Below are positions 55,555 through 64,000 of a stretch of DNA of 64,000 nucleotides, in pieces. This DNA comes from a virus (taxonomy: Duplodnaviria; Caudoviricetes), in the IMG/VR virus record IMGVR_UViG_3300046839_000055, positions 94,224 through 158,223 of that record; one strand, 5' to 3'. Position 1 is the stretch's first letter. Each line of letters starts with the position of its first letter. The position numbers and the translations under genes were made by a program. Below the pieces are notes generated by a model. The model made no database searches and was not told the origin of the DNA. It was given only the letters and a program-made list of their open reading frames with translations.

Positions 55555-56928
55555 ATGTCAGACCAGACAAGCCTTGTCGTCATGGACAAGGACGACAACA
55601 CGGAGGCCGTGCTCGAAAACGCCTACGACATCATCGTCACCGGCGAGATCAACGGCATCGACACGCTCGAATTCAACCTCCCGTTCCGCGACGGCAAACG
55701 GCGGCATCTCGAAAACGAGAAACAGGTCTCCGTCGGCGGCGACACCTACCGCATCCGCACGATCACGGACGAGAAGAACGAGCAGGGTACCGCCATCACC
55801 TCCGTGTACGCCGAGGCCGCGTTCTACGACCTCGGGTTCTCCGTGAAGAAAACGGAGCAGACCTTCAACGCGGACACGGCGGACGTCCCGATGGCCTACG
55901 CGCTGCAGGACACCGGCTGGGCGCTCGGGACCGTCAACATCCGCACGAAACGCACCTGGACATCCACGGAGAAAAACGCCCTCGCGATCCTCCGGAAGGT
56001 GCAGGACCTCCACGGAGGCGACCTCATCTTCGACAACAAAAACAGGACCGTGAGCCTTCTGACCTTCAGCGGCACGGACTCCGGCGCGCTCTTCTGCTAC
56101 AGGAAGAACATGAAGTCCATCAAGCGCGTCATCGACACACAGAGCCTCATCACACGGCTCTACGCCTACGGCAAGGACGGCATGACCTTCGCGTCCATCA
56201 ACGACGGCAAGGAGTACGTCGAGGACACCACGTACACGGACGAGATCCGCATATCCACGCTCGACTGCTCGAACTTCACGAACCCGTACCAGATGCTGGA
56301 ATACGCCAACATGCGCCTCGCCGACTACGCAAGCCCGCGCATCTCCTACGTCCTGAACGCGATGGACCTCTCCGTCCTCACCGGCTACGGGCACGAGACA
56401 TGGAAGCTCGGCGACATCGTGACCGTGAAGGACGACGAGCTGGACCTTTCCATCAAGACAAGGATCGTGCGCCGGGAGTACAACCTGCGCGAACCGTGGA
56501 ACACCGTCCTCGAACTGTCGACCACCCTCCGGGAGCTCGGCGACTCCTCCTCACAGTGGGATGCCGCCGCCGACACGTTAGCCGGTGCGAACCTCGTCGA
56601 CAGCCAGGAGATGAAGGACCTTGTCCCGTTCAACCATCTGAGAAACTCAAGAGCCGACTCAGGATTTTCTTACTGGGAGAATTCCGGATTCGAGGTGGAT
56701 ACGGAAAACGGCGTCTCCGGAACCGCATCCTTCAAATGCGAAGGTGTTCTCAATACGACAAAGAGCCTGACGCAGACCGTCACTCCGGCAAACCGCGACA
56801 GCTATACCTTCTCCTGCCAGATCGCGTCCGAGGATTTATCTATGGGCGACAACGGCCAGGTCGGTATCGAGGTGACATTCGAATATGAGGATGGTACGAC
56901 CGAGACTCGGTTCATTGACCTGATTTGA
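55555..56928 (+). CDS. Baseplate hub/Tal-like tail protein ending in a partial carbohydrate-binding jelly-roll
   Basis: EING...LEF, TRLYAYGKDG, SINDGK.Y, LGD.V.V.D; C-terminal NHLRNS...W...G. Confidence 0.8.
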   Translation: MSDQTSLVVMDKDDNTEAVLENAYDIIVTGEINGIDTLEFNLPFRDGKRRHLENEKQVSVGGDTYRIRTITDEKNEQGTAITSVYAEAAFYDLGFSVKKTEQTFNADTADVPMAYALQDTGWALGTVNIRTKRTWTSTEKNALAILRKVQDLHGGDLIFDNKNRTVSLLTFSGTDSGALFCYRKNMKSIKRVIDTQSLITRLYAYGKDGMTFASINDGKEYVEDTTYTDEIRISTLDCSNFTNPYQMLEYANMRLADYASPRISYVLNAMDLSVLTGYGHETWKLGDIVTVKDDELDLSIKTRIVRREYNLREPWNTVLELSTTLRELGDSSSQWDAAADTLAGANLVDSQEMKDLVPFNHLRNSRADSGFSYWENSGFEVDTENGVSGTASFKCEGVLNTTKSLTQTVTPANRDSYTFSCQIASEDLSMGDNGQVGIEVTFEYEDGTTETRFIDLI

Positions 56929-56940
56929 GGAGGTATTCAG

Positions 56941-57135
56941 ATGGCTTCTTTTAATCATATGGCGCAAGCGGTTTCTCCGCAAAATGGACGCGTGAAGAAA
57001 ATCCGCATCCGCGTCTGCGTGACGGACTGCACCGGCACAATTTACATCACGGATATGTTCCTGCAGGGCGGCTCTATCGCGACCGGCTGGGTGGGACATG
57101 TCAGCGAGATTCAGTGGACGCAGGACGGTGACTGA
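56941..57135 (+). CDS. Small tail protein (C-terminal half of jelly-roll)
   Basis: RBS GGAGGT; VTDCTGTIYITDMFLQGG..ATGW. Confidence 0.7.
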   Translation: MASFNHMAQAVSPQNGRVKKIRIRVCVTDCTGTIYITDMFLQGGSIATGWVGHVSEIQWTQDGD

Positions 57136-57137
57136 TT

Positions 57138-57719
57138 ATGCCGATATTCACAAGATTCACGGAGACAATCGATAAGAAAGAGGATAAGCGGATCGTGAGC
57201 GTCACCGTAAAGCCTGTGGTCACCGACTGCACCGGGACATTCTGGTTTACAGACCTCATGCTGCAGGAAGGCGCGATGCTTTCCGGGTATGTCATCAATA
57301 CCGAGACCTTGCAAAAGAAGTATGCGACCGGCGATGAATACGCTGTTTCCGGGAAGCGGTTCTTCAACGGTATCGTCAGAGGGAGCGCCACCTGCATTAT
57401 TTTTAATCTCGGCAAGACCTCGACCGGACTTGACTGGAAAATCTATCCGAATCAGAACATGAAATCCGGAAGCGTTTCCCTTGCCCTCGGTGCAGGAGCG
57501 CATAAGGCGACGTTCACGGATGCTGCAAATGCCGGTGATGAATTATCCCTTCTCGCATCAACCCGGCAGTGCTTAAAGAATGGCTCGGCAACCTCGAAGG
57601 ACGGGTTCTTCCAGTACTCCGCAGCCGGAGATAGCAAGCATCCTGTTGCAGTCGAGGAGAAGAAATCGGCGAGGCTGTATGTGGAGTTTCAGGAGATGGA
57701 GGACGGTGATGTGATATGA
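57138..57719 (+). CDS. Tail protein with paralogous N-terminal half-domain
   Basis: VTDCTGTFWFTDLMLQEG. Confidence 0.7.
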   Translation: MPIFTRFTETIDKKEDKRIVSVTVKPVVTDCTGTFWFTDLMLQEGAMLSGYVINTETLQKKYATGDEYAVSGKRFFNGIVRGSATCIIFNLGKTSTGLDWKIYPNQNMKSGSVSLALGAGAHKATFTDAANAGDELSLLASTRQCLKNGSATSKDGFFQYSAAGDSKHPVAVEEKKSARLYVEFQEMEDGDVI

Positions 57720-60196
57720 GTCTGGATATCTTAAAAGGCCGCAAATGCATGGTCTGGACGTTCATGGGAAACGCCCGGATGTACACTGCTCTTAAGAATT
57801 ACGGAGACCGCCTCTCGCAGGTAGGTCTCTTTTCTTTTAAGGTGGACGCTACAGGGACGATTACCGAGAGCGGTGTAGCCATATCCGACATGCTGACGTA
57901 CATCAACAAGTATCCGCGCATCACGTGGCTGCTGACCGTCCGCAACGACGGAACCTCGAGCGTGTTCACAGCCCTTCGCGAGAACACCGACGGTGCGCAG
58001 GACAAGTTCCTCACCGAGCTCGTGCGGATCATGGAGAAGTATCCGTGGTGCGCGGGAGTCGACATCGACCTCGAGCGCGGCGGCGACTATTCCACGCACG
58101 CCAAGTCAACGGCGATGTTCCGCAACATCTGGAACACGGTCAAAGCCTACGACGGCACGAAGAAGGTCAACATCTGCCTGCCCGGCATGGATTCCATCAA
58201 TGGCTCGGTCGGCGGCGAGAACTGGTGCGTATACGCTGACCTGAACGCGTACTGCGATACGGCGGCCATCATGAGTTATGGAATGGCGTGGGCTGGGAGC
58301 GCTCCGGGTCCGGTATCTCCAAAGGACTGGCTCGACGGCATCTACGACTACGCAGTCAAAGCAATGACGCCGGGAAAGGTGTTCATGGGACTTCCGGCAT
58401 ACGGCTGGAACTGGCAGATTTACGATACGCCGGAAAACCTCGGCAACACATATCGAGGAGTATCCAACACCTACTACGCCGCCAAGAACTGGATGACGGG
58501 AAAGTACAACTTCACGGACGACGCAGCTCCGCAGCCGTTTATCCCGATTCTCGCGTACTGGGACGACTACAACAAGGTGCCGTACGCCTTCCCGCAGGTC
58601 TACGACTTCGCTGAAGGTCAGGACGCAAGCAGCTACAACTACCCGCTGATGGCCGGAACCTACAACCGCAGGCGCTATCTCACCGCCTACAGCAAGATGC
58701 AAAAGACCTCGTTCGGAACGGTCTATGTAGATCATGACGGCACGCCGGACAGCTATACCGGCATCGTATCATCGAAGAACGGCGTCGCGGTCATGGGTGA
58801 CGAAGGAGAAGCGACCTACACCTTCTCCGTTTCAAGCTCCGGAACATACGACATTGCCGTCCGGCTCTGCTATCCATTCTGGGACAAGAACGGAATATAT
58901 GTCAGCATTGACGGGACGCAGAAGCATTTCACCGAGTCGCGGCTCTGGTGGCCGTACTGGCGCAGCACCTTCTGGGCTTCGCTCGCGGACGGCATCAGCC
59001 TGTCAGCCGGAACGCACACCATCACGGTATCGGTTGACGTGAAGGGCGTGCAGTTCTACGGATTCCGCGTCTGCTCGGATTTCAGCGAGGAGCCGTCAGC
59101 AGGAAGTGCGTCGTTCACGCTTTCTCCCCGCCACTTCATTGATGTGGATGGCAATGAGTGCCAACCTGATAAAGGCTTCAAGCTCACCTGTGAAATGCTG
59201 AGAAGGAAACCAGACTCCGCGCTTATCTGGTACGAGGATTTCGAGGATTACGGCATGCTCGAAACGAACTACTGGCAGACGCTGTCCGGCTCATGGAAAG
59301 TCTGGCGATCGGACGAGTATTCCGAATCCCGCGTTTATTCCCAACTCGACGGCAGCGGCAAATTTGCATGGAACTACGACGGATTCAAGGACGTTCACCT
59401 CCGGGCGCGGCTTGCGTTTCCAGCGGGAAGCACTGGCAAGGCGGGCGTCTTCTGCGGCAGCCTGTTCTGCTGTCTCAACTACAGCAGTCAGGCCGTGGAG
59501 CTGTGGAACGGAAGTACAAAGCTCGGAAGCTACTCGCAGTCGATTCAGCAGACGCCGACCGCAAGTCTCCGTACCGATCCAACCACCTACACCGTCGAGA
59601 TGCGGATTCGCGGCAGCACCGTGCGCGTCTATTCCGGCGCGTCAAATACGCTGCGGTTCACCGCAACGGTCAGCGGATTCTCAGGAGGAACCGCCGGATA
59701 CCAGTCTGACCAGAGGACGATCTGCGAACTGCTCCGCATGGGCGACGCGTGGACGTACGAGCCATACGAACGCTTCGACGTGACCTTCCCAGACGGCAGC
59801 GTCACCCAGTACGGACGCATCAGCCGGAGCAACTGCACATGGGACGACGAATTCCAGGTGTTCACGCTCACCTCGGATGTTGAGGAATCCACTACAAGAA
59901 GCGAATCCATCTCAATGGACTACGAATTCTACCACTCGGCACAGCTCGACCTCGAATGCGGGAAGGACTACACGGTGACGATCACGCCGAAGGACATCGA
60001 CATCTGGATCTCGCGGCTTTTCCTCGGAGACGCGGACGGATTTTCCATTCTCTACTATCAGGACGTGGATTCGCTCGTCTACTGGGCGAATCAGGCGGCG
60101 TACCACTGGGGACTTCGCGGCATCGCGATCTGGTCGCTCGGGCAGGAGGATTTAAGGCTCTGGGAGGCATTGCCGAAACAGACCGACACCTCATAA
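57716..60196 (+). CDS. GH18 glycoside hydrolase tail protein with CBM-like domains
   Basis: GVDIDLE catalytic motif, IMSY, PGPVSP.DW, GLPAYG.NW; C-terminal GLRGIAIWSLGQED closes the barrel. Confidence 0.85.
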   Translation: MSLDILKGRKCMVWTFMGNARMYTALKNYGDRLSQVGLFSFKVDATGTITESGVAISDMLTYINKYPRITWLLTVRNDGTSSVFTALRENTDGAQDKFLTELVRIMEKYPWCAGVDIDLERGGDYSTHAKSTAMFRNIWNTVKAYDGTKKVNICLPGMDSINGSVGGENWCVYADLNAYCDTAAIMSYGMAWAGSAPGPVSPKDWLDGIYDYAVKAMTPGKVFMGLPAYGWNWQIYDTPENLGNTYRGVSNTYYAAKNWMTGKYNFTDDAAPQPFIPILAYWDDYNKVPYAFPQVYDFAEGQDASSYNYPLMAGTYNRRRYLTAYSKMQKTSFGTVYVDHDGTPDSYTGIVSSKNGVAVMGDEGEATYTFSVSSSGTYDIAVRLCYPFWDKNGIYVSIDGTQKHFTESRLWWPYWRSTFWASLADGISLSAGTHTITVSVDVKGVQFYGFRVCSDFSEEPSAGSASFTLSPRHFIDVDGNECQPDKGFKLTCEMLRRKPDSALIWYEDFEDYGMLETNYWQTLSGSWKVWRSDEYSESRVYSQLDGSGKFAWNYDGFKDVHLRARLAFPAGSTGKAGVFCGSLFCCLNYSSQAVELWNGSTKLGSYSQSIQQTPTASLRTDPTTYTVEMRIRGSTVRVYSGASNTLRFTATVSGFSGGTAGYQSDQRTICELLRMGDAWTYEPYERFDVTFPDGSVTQYGRISRSNCTWDDEFQVFTLTSDVEESTTRSESISMDYEFYHSAQLDLECGKDYTVTITPKDIDIWISRLFLGDADGFSILYYQDVDSLVYWANQAAYHWGLRGIAIWSLGQEDLRLWEALPKQTDTS

Positions 60197-60280
60197 CTTC
60201 ATAAATCACAGAGTTTTTTCAAGGCTGTCAGCGTACCACTGGCGGCCTTTCATTTTGCTCAAAATCAAAGGAGGGACATT

Positions 60281-60697
60281 TTGATGAAGGAATTCTGGAA
60301 CACCATACAGCTCATTTTCGCGGCCATCGGAGGATGGCTCGGCTACTTTCTCGGAGGATGCGACGGGCTTCTTATCGCGCTGATCATCTTCGTGGTCTGC
60401 GACTACATTACCGGCGTGCTCTGCGCCATCGCGGACAAGAAGCTCTCGTCTGCAGTTGGATTCAAAGGAATCTGCAGGAAAGTCTTGATCTTCATTCTGG
60501 TCGGCATCGCCAACATCCTCGACATCCACGTGCTCGGACATGAGGGCGTGCTGAGAACCGCAATCATATTCTTCTACATTTCGAATGAAGGTCTTTCTCT
60601 CACTGAGAACGCCGCACATCTCGGACTTCCGATTCCCGGCAAGCTCAAGGATGTGCTTGAACAGCTTCACGACAGAAACGACAAGGAGGAACAGTAA
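60281..60697 (+). CDS. Phage holin (holin_4_1 type)
   Basis: GGWLGYFLGG.DG, DYITG, SS.VGFKGI.RK, NEG.S..EN...LG.P.P. Confidence 0.92.
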   Translation: MMKEFWNTIQLIFAAIGGWLGYFLGGCDGLLIALIIFVVCDYITGVLCAIADKKLSSAVGFKGICRKVLIFILVGIANILDIHVLGHEGVLRTAIIFFYISNEGLSLTENAAHLGLPIPGKLKDVLEQLHDRNDKEEQ

Positions 60698-60699
60698 TT

Positions 60700-61650
60700 A
60701 TGGCTATCAAGGGAATAGACGTATCGGTCTGGCAGGGAAACATCGACTTTGGCAAGGTCAAAGTGTCAGGCATCAATTTTGTGATTATCCGCGCCGGATA
60801 CGGCAACGGGAACAAGGACAAATGGTTCGATGAGAACTACCGGAAAGCAAAAGCAGCCGGGCTCCACATCGGCGCATACTGGTATTCATACGCCACATCC
60901 GCTGACGGTGCGAAGCAGGAAGCGCAGTCCTGCGCCAAGGTGCTCTCAGGCAAGCAGCTTGATTACCCGGTCTACTTCGACATCGAGGAGAAGTCCCAGC
61001 TTTCGCGCGGGAAGGATTTCTGCTCATCGCTCATCACGGCGTTCTGCACGGAACTCGAACGGCTCGGCTATTACGCAGGATTCTACACCTCGCTCTCAAG
61101 CCTGAACTCCGTGATATCTGACGCCGTGAAAAAGCGGTTCACCGTCTGGGTGGCGCAATGGTCGAGCAAGTGCAGCTACTCCGGCAGCTACGGCGTCTGG
61201 CAGTATTCGTCCAAAGGCAAGGTCAATGGAATAAGCGGAAATGTCGACATGGACTATTCCTACATCGACTTCCCGTCGGCAATCAAAAACGGCGGATTCA
61301 ACGGCTATGGCAAGAGCGCAGCGTCCACCATCACGACGACAGCAAAGAAATCTGTGGATGAGATTGCAGCCGAGGTCATCGCCGGGAAATGGGGCAATGG
61401 CTCTGACCGCAAGAACCGCCTGACCGCAGCCGGATATGACTATGCCGCCGTGCAGGCCAAGGTCAACGAGAAGCTCGGCTCTTCCGGTAAGAAATCGACC
61501 GCGACTTACTACACGATTCAGAAGGGAGACACGCTCTCCGGCGTCGCGAAAAAGTACGGCACGACCGTTTCCGCAATCCAGAAGCTGAACAGCTCGCTTA
61601 TAAAGAACGTGAACCTCATCCAGGTCGGATGGCGGATTCGCGTGAAATAA
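60700..61650 (+). CDS. Endolysin: GH25 muramidase + CW_7 + LysM
   Basis: GIDVSVWQG, YFDIEE, WQYSS.G...GI.GNVD; EVIAGKWGNG.DRK.RL...GYDY..VQ; Y.IQKGDTLS.VAKKYGTTV. Confidence 0.93.
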   Translation: MAIKGIDVSVWQGNIDFGKVKVSGINFVIIRAGYGNGNKDKWFDENYRKAKAAGLHIGAYWYSYATSADGAKQEAQSCAKVLSGKQLDYPVYFDIEEKSQLSRGKDFCSSLITAFCTELERLGYYAGFYTSLSSLNSVISDAVKKRFTVWVAQWSSKCSYSGSYGVWQYSSKGKVNGISGNVDMDYSYIDFPSAIKNGGFNGYGKSAASTITTTAKKSVDEIAAEVIAGKWGNGSDRKNRLTAAGYDYAAVQAKVNEKLGSSGKKSTATYYTIQKGDTLSGVAKKYGTTVSAIQKLNSSLIKNVNLIQVGWRIRVK

Positions 61651-61666
61651 CCACATCATCTCCTCT

Positions 61667-61712
61667 GGCCCACTGGTATTCCTTTATACGGGATTGCCGG
61701 TGGGCCTTTTTT
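61667..61712 (+). terminator. Terminator after lysis cassette
   Basis: GGCCCACTGGTATTCC...GGATTGCCGGTGGGCC-TTTTTT. Confidence 0.8.
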
Positions 61713-61721
61713 CGTTTTCGC

Positions 61722-61756
61722 TTCGTCAAAACAGGCCTCCAGCCTCCAGTGGAAAG
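61722..61756 (+). promoter_or_regulatory. Motif A copy 3
   Basis: TTCGTCAAAA-N11-CCTCCAGTGGAAAG. Confidence 0.75.
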
Positions 61757-61772
61757 CAGGAGGCGAAACATC

Positions 61773-61985
61773 ATGACGGAGGAAAAGAACTACTACACGG
61801 ACGAGCGCATCCGCAGTGATCTCGACTATCAGCGGGCGCAGAGGACTGCCAGATGCATGCTTGATTCAGGCCTTATTTCCGATGACGAATTCAACAAATT
61901 ATGCGACATCAACCGCGAAACTTTCTCTCCCTTGTTTGCGGAAATATATCCGAAAACTGCTTGCTATGTGTCCGAAACAGAGTGA
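61773..61985 (+). CDS. SHOCT-like small protein, candidate recombination directionality factor
   Basis: RBS AGGAGG; DY.RA......ML..GLIS.DEFNK...IN..TFSP; directly before the recombinases. Confidence 0.7.
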   Translation: MTEEKNYYTDERIRSDLDYQRAQRTARCMLDSGLISDDEFNKLCDINRETFSPLFAEIYPKTACYVSETE

Positions 61986-61995
61986 TTGATAGACA
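61960..61995 (+). promoter_or_regulatory. Motif B copy 3, inside the 3' end of the SHOCT-like gene
   Basis: CTTGCTAT-N11-AGAGTGATTGATAGACA. Confidence 0.65.
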
Positions 61996-62015
61996 CTGAC
62001 AAGGAGGCAGGCCAA

Positions 62016-63575
62016 TTGAAGAAAATCACAAGAATCGAACAGGCAAACAGGGGAAAAACAGAGTCAAAGAAGCTGCGTGTTGCCGCCTACTGCCGCGTCT
62101 CCACGGACTCGGACGAACAGCTTGAAAGCCTTGAAACACAGAAGACGCACTATGAAAGCTACATCACCTCTCGTGACGACTGGCGGTTCGCCGGGATCTA
62201 CTACGACGAGGGCATCAGCGGCACCGGCAAATCCAGACGTCCGGAGCTTGAACGGCTCATGCAGGACTGCAAGGCCGGGAAGATCGACATGGTCATCACC
62301 AAGAGCATCAGCCGATTCTCACGCAACACCACCGACTGTCTTGAACTCGTCCGAAAGCTCCTCGAGCTGAATATTCCCATCTGGTTCGAAAAGGAAAACA
62401 TCAACACCGGTTCGATGGAAAGCGAACTGTTCCTCTCCATCCTCTCCAGCATGGCAGCAGACGAATCCCTTTCCATCAGCCTGAACAGCAAATGGAGCAT
62501 CAAAAAACGGTTCGAGAACGGCACGTTCAAGATAAGCTATCCGCCATACGGCTACGACTGGGACGGCGAGACGATGACCATTAACCCGGAGCAGGCGCAG
62601 ATTGTCCGCCGTATCTTCTCAGAGACACTTGCCGGAAAGGGTACCGCTGCCATTGCCGCGGAGCTCAACCGGGAGCAGATCCCGACGAAGCGAGGCGGGC
62701 GCTGGAGCCCGTCAGGAATCCGCGGGATGATCGCAAACGAGAAATACTGCGGCGACTGCCTTTACCAGAAGACATGGTCGGATTCAGCCTACAAGCGGCA
62801 CCTGAACCACGGTGAACAAACACAGTACCTGCAGCAGAATCATCACGAGCCGATCGTCAGCCGCGAGGACTGGGAAGCCGCGCAAAAGCTCATCTCGCAG
62901 CGGGCTGATGAGAAGAATATCAGCAAGGGCGATGAAAAGTACCAGAACCGCTACGCATTCTCCGGCAGAATCATCTGCGGCGAGTGCGGCGCAACATTCA
63001 AGCGGCGCATCAACTACACAACAGACGGAAGCTACGCGGCATGGAGCTGCAAGACGCATCTCGCCGACAAGAGCAAATGCTCCATGCTCTTCATCCGGGA
63101 CAGCGACCTCAAGCTCGCATTCATGACCATGATGAACAAGCTCATCTTTGTGCACCGGCTGATCCTCAAGCCATATGCGGAAAGTTTGAAGCGGAATTCT
63201 ACGAGCCAGACACTCAGCCGAATACAGCAGCTTGAAACAAGCCTTGCCGAGAATGCCGACAAACGCAAGACGCTCACGAAGCTCATGGCGCAGGGATTCA
63301 TCGACCAAGTGATCTACAGCCAGCAAACAGCCGAGCTTCTCTCGCAGGCCGATGGCATTCGAAAACAGATAGACGCCCTGCAGAACACGACAAGCAGTGA
63401 AGCCACAGCTCTGATGCATGCAGAGGATCTGCTGCACTTCACCGAGAAAAGCTCGATGCTGGAATACTTCGACGACCGGCTTTTTACACGGTTCGTTGAA
63501 CGTATTGTCATTCGCTCACGGCACGAGGCAGTATTCCAGCTCAAATGCGGGCTCACGCTCACGGAAAGAATGTGA
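62016..63575 (+). CDS. Large serine recombinase (integrase)
   Basis: AAYCRVST, DEGISGT, TKSISRFSRN, PYGY, NEKYCG, CGECG zinc ribbon; TTG start after AAGGAGG. Confidence 0.95.
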   Translation: MKKITRIEQANRGKTESKKLRVAAYCRVSTDSDEQLESLETQKTHYESYITSRDDWRFAGIYYDEGISGTGKSRRPELERLMQDCKAGKIDMVITKSISRFSRNTTDCLELVRKLLELNIPIWFEKENINTGSMESELFLSILSSMAADESLSISLNSKWSIKKRFENGTFKISYPPYGYDWDGETMTINPEQAQIVRRIFSETLAGKGTAAIAAELNREQIPTKRGGRWSPSGIRGMIANEKYCGDCLYQKTWSDSAYKRHLNHGEQTQYLQQNHHEPIVSREDWEAAQKLISQRADEKNISKGDEKYQNRYAFSGRIICGECGATFKRRINYTTDGSYAAWSCKTHLADKSKCSMLFIRDSDLKLAFMTMMNKLIFVHRLILKPYAESLKRNSTSQTLSRIQQLETSLAENADKRKTLTKLMAQGFIDQVIYSQQTAELLSQADGIRKQIDALQNTTSSEATALMHAEDLLHFTEKSSMLEYFDDRLFTRFVERIVIRSRHEAVFQLKCGLTLTERM

Positions 63576-63580
63576 AAAAC

Positions 63581-64000
63581 ATGGGACACACACCATACGG
63601 ATACAGAATCGAAAACGGCAAAGCGGTCATCGATAAAGAGAAAGCCCAGCAGATAAGAAACCTCTACAAAAACTACCTTGATGGCATGGCGCTTGCCAAG
63701 GCTGCACACGAAGCGGGAATCCAGACCTGGCACGGCTCGGCAAAGCGCCTGCTCGAAAACAGACACTACCTCGGAGACGACTACTACCCCGCCATCATCG
63801 ACCAGCAAACCTACGACAAAGCACAAGCCGAACGCCTGCACCGGGCAGAGAAGCTCGGACGGACGAACAGAAAAAAGCAGTCGCCGGACACACGAAAACC
63901 GCCGACCCATTTCAAGCTGGCCGCTCCCGAGCAGGCCTATGACGACACAAAGCAGCAGGCGGAATACCTGTACAGCCTGATTGAAAGTGAGGCGCAGTGA
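63581..64000 (+). CDS. Short recombinase-domain protein (second gene of the serine recombinase cluster)
   Basis: TPYGYRI..G, L.N..YLGD.YYP.IID; lacks catalytic domain. Confidence 0.8.
   Translation: MGHTPYGYRIENGKAVIDKEKAQQIRNLYKNYLDGMALAKAAHEAGIQTWHGSAKRLLENRHYLGDDYYPAIIDQQTYDKAQAERLHRAEKLGRTNRKKQSPDTRKPPTHFKLAAPEQAYDDTKQQAEYLYSLIESEAQ

Larger units (their letters stand above)
6601..64000 (+). mobile_element. Temperate siphovirus prophage including its leftward defence cluster; right end outside window
   Basis: Complete replication, packaging, head, tail, lysis and serine-recombinase modules; left boundary inferred from the att region and uncertain. Confidence 0.8.

Noticed and set aside
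60281-60289. Holin dual-start (TTG-ATG) antiholin motif
   Set aside because: No charged residue between the two starts, unlike the lambda S107/S105 pattern
1-64000. tRNA, rRNA, tmRNA, antibiotic-resistance genes
   Set aside because: None recognised by eye; tRNAscan-SE, Infernal and AMRFinder would be needed to exclude them formally

Overview
Window from a Bacillota (probably Clostridia/Lachnospiraceae-like) genome made up almost entirely of nested mobile DNA. (1) 1-~6560, minus strand: the replication/partition/coupling end of a conjugative element (RepA_N, ParA, ParB, DUF5688, PcfB-like, VirD4 running off the left edge). (2) ~6560-6730: a serine-recombinase att region built from pieces of the 3' end of rumA/rlmD (DLFPRT ... 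HVETIVLLS*). (3) 6851-22363, almost all minus strand: a ~15.5 kb defence cluster. It holds an ABC three-component (Lamassu-like) trio whose effector carries an XRE-like HTH, a type I R-M system with a tyrosine-invertase hsdS shufflon, a GmrSD-family gene with a deleted DGQQR motif, and two unknown genes. (4) 22706->64000, plus strand: an apparently near-complete temperate siphovirus with a sigma-like regulator, DUF2800/DUF2815/PolA/primase-DUF3987 replication genes, HK97-type head, long tail, GH18 tail enzyme, holin/GH25 lysin and large serine recombinases cut by the right edge. A three-integrase RIT element (38743-42252) is inserted in its DUF4314 gene. Most interesting points: no canonical CI is visible and the HTH-bearing ABC-3C trio occupies the repressor position. 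Two exactly spaced promoter-like motifs each occur three times and suggest a phage sigma regulon with an integrase-versus-integrase+RDF logic. The hsdS shufflon has programmed half-length states. The RIT ends carry three copies of the 6-bp target and rebuild the C-terminus of the gene they interrupt. All family assignments come from motifs recognised by eye; no database search was run.
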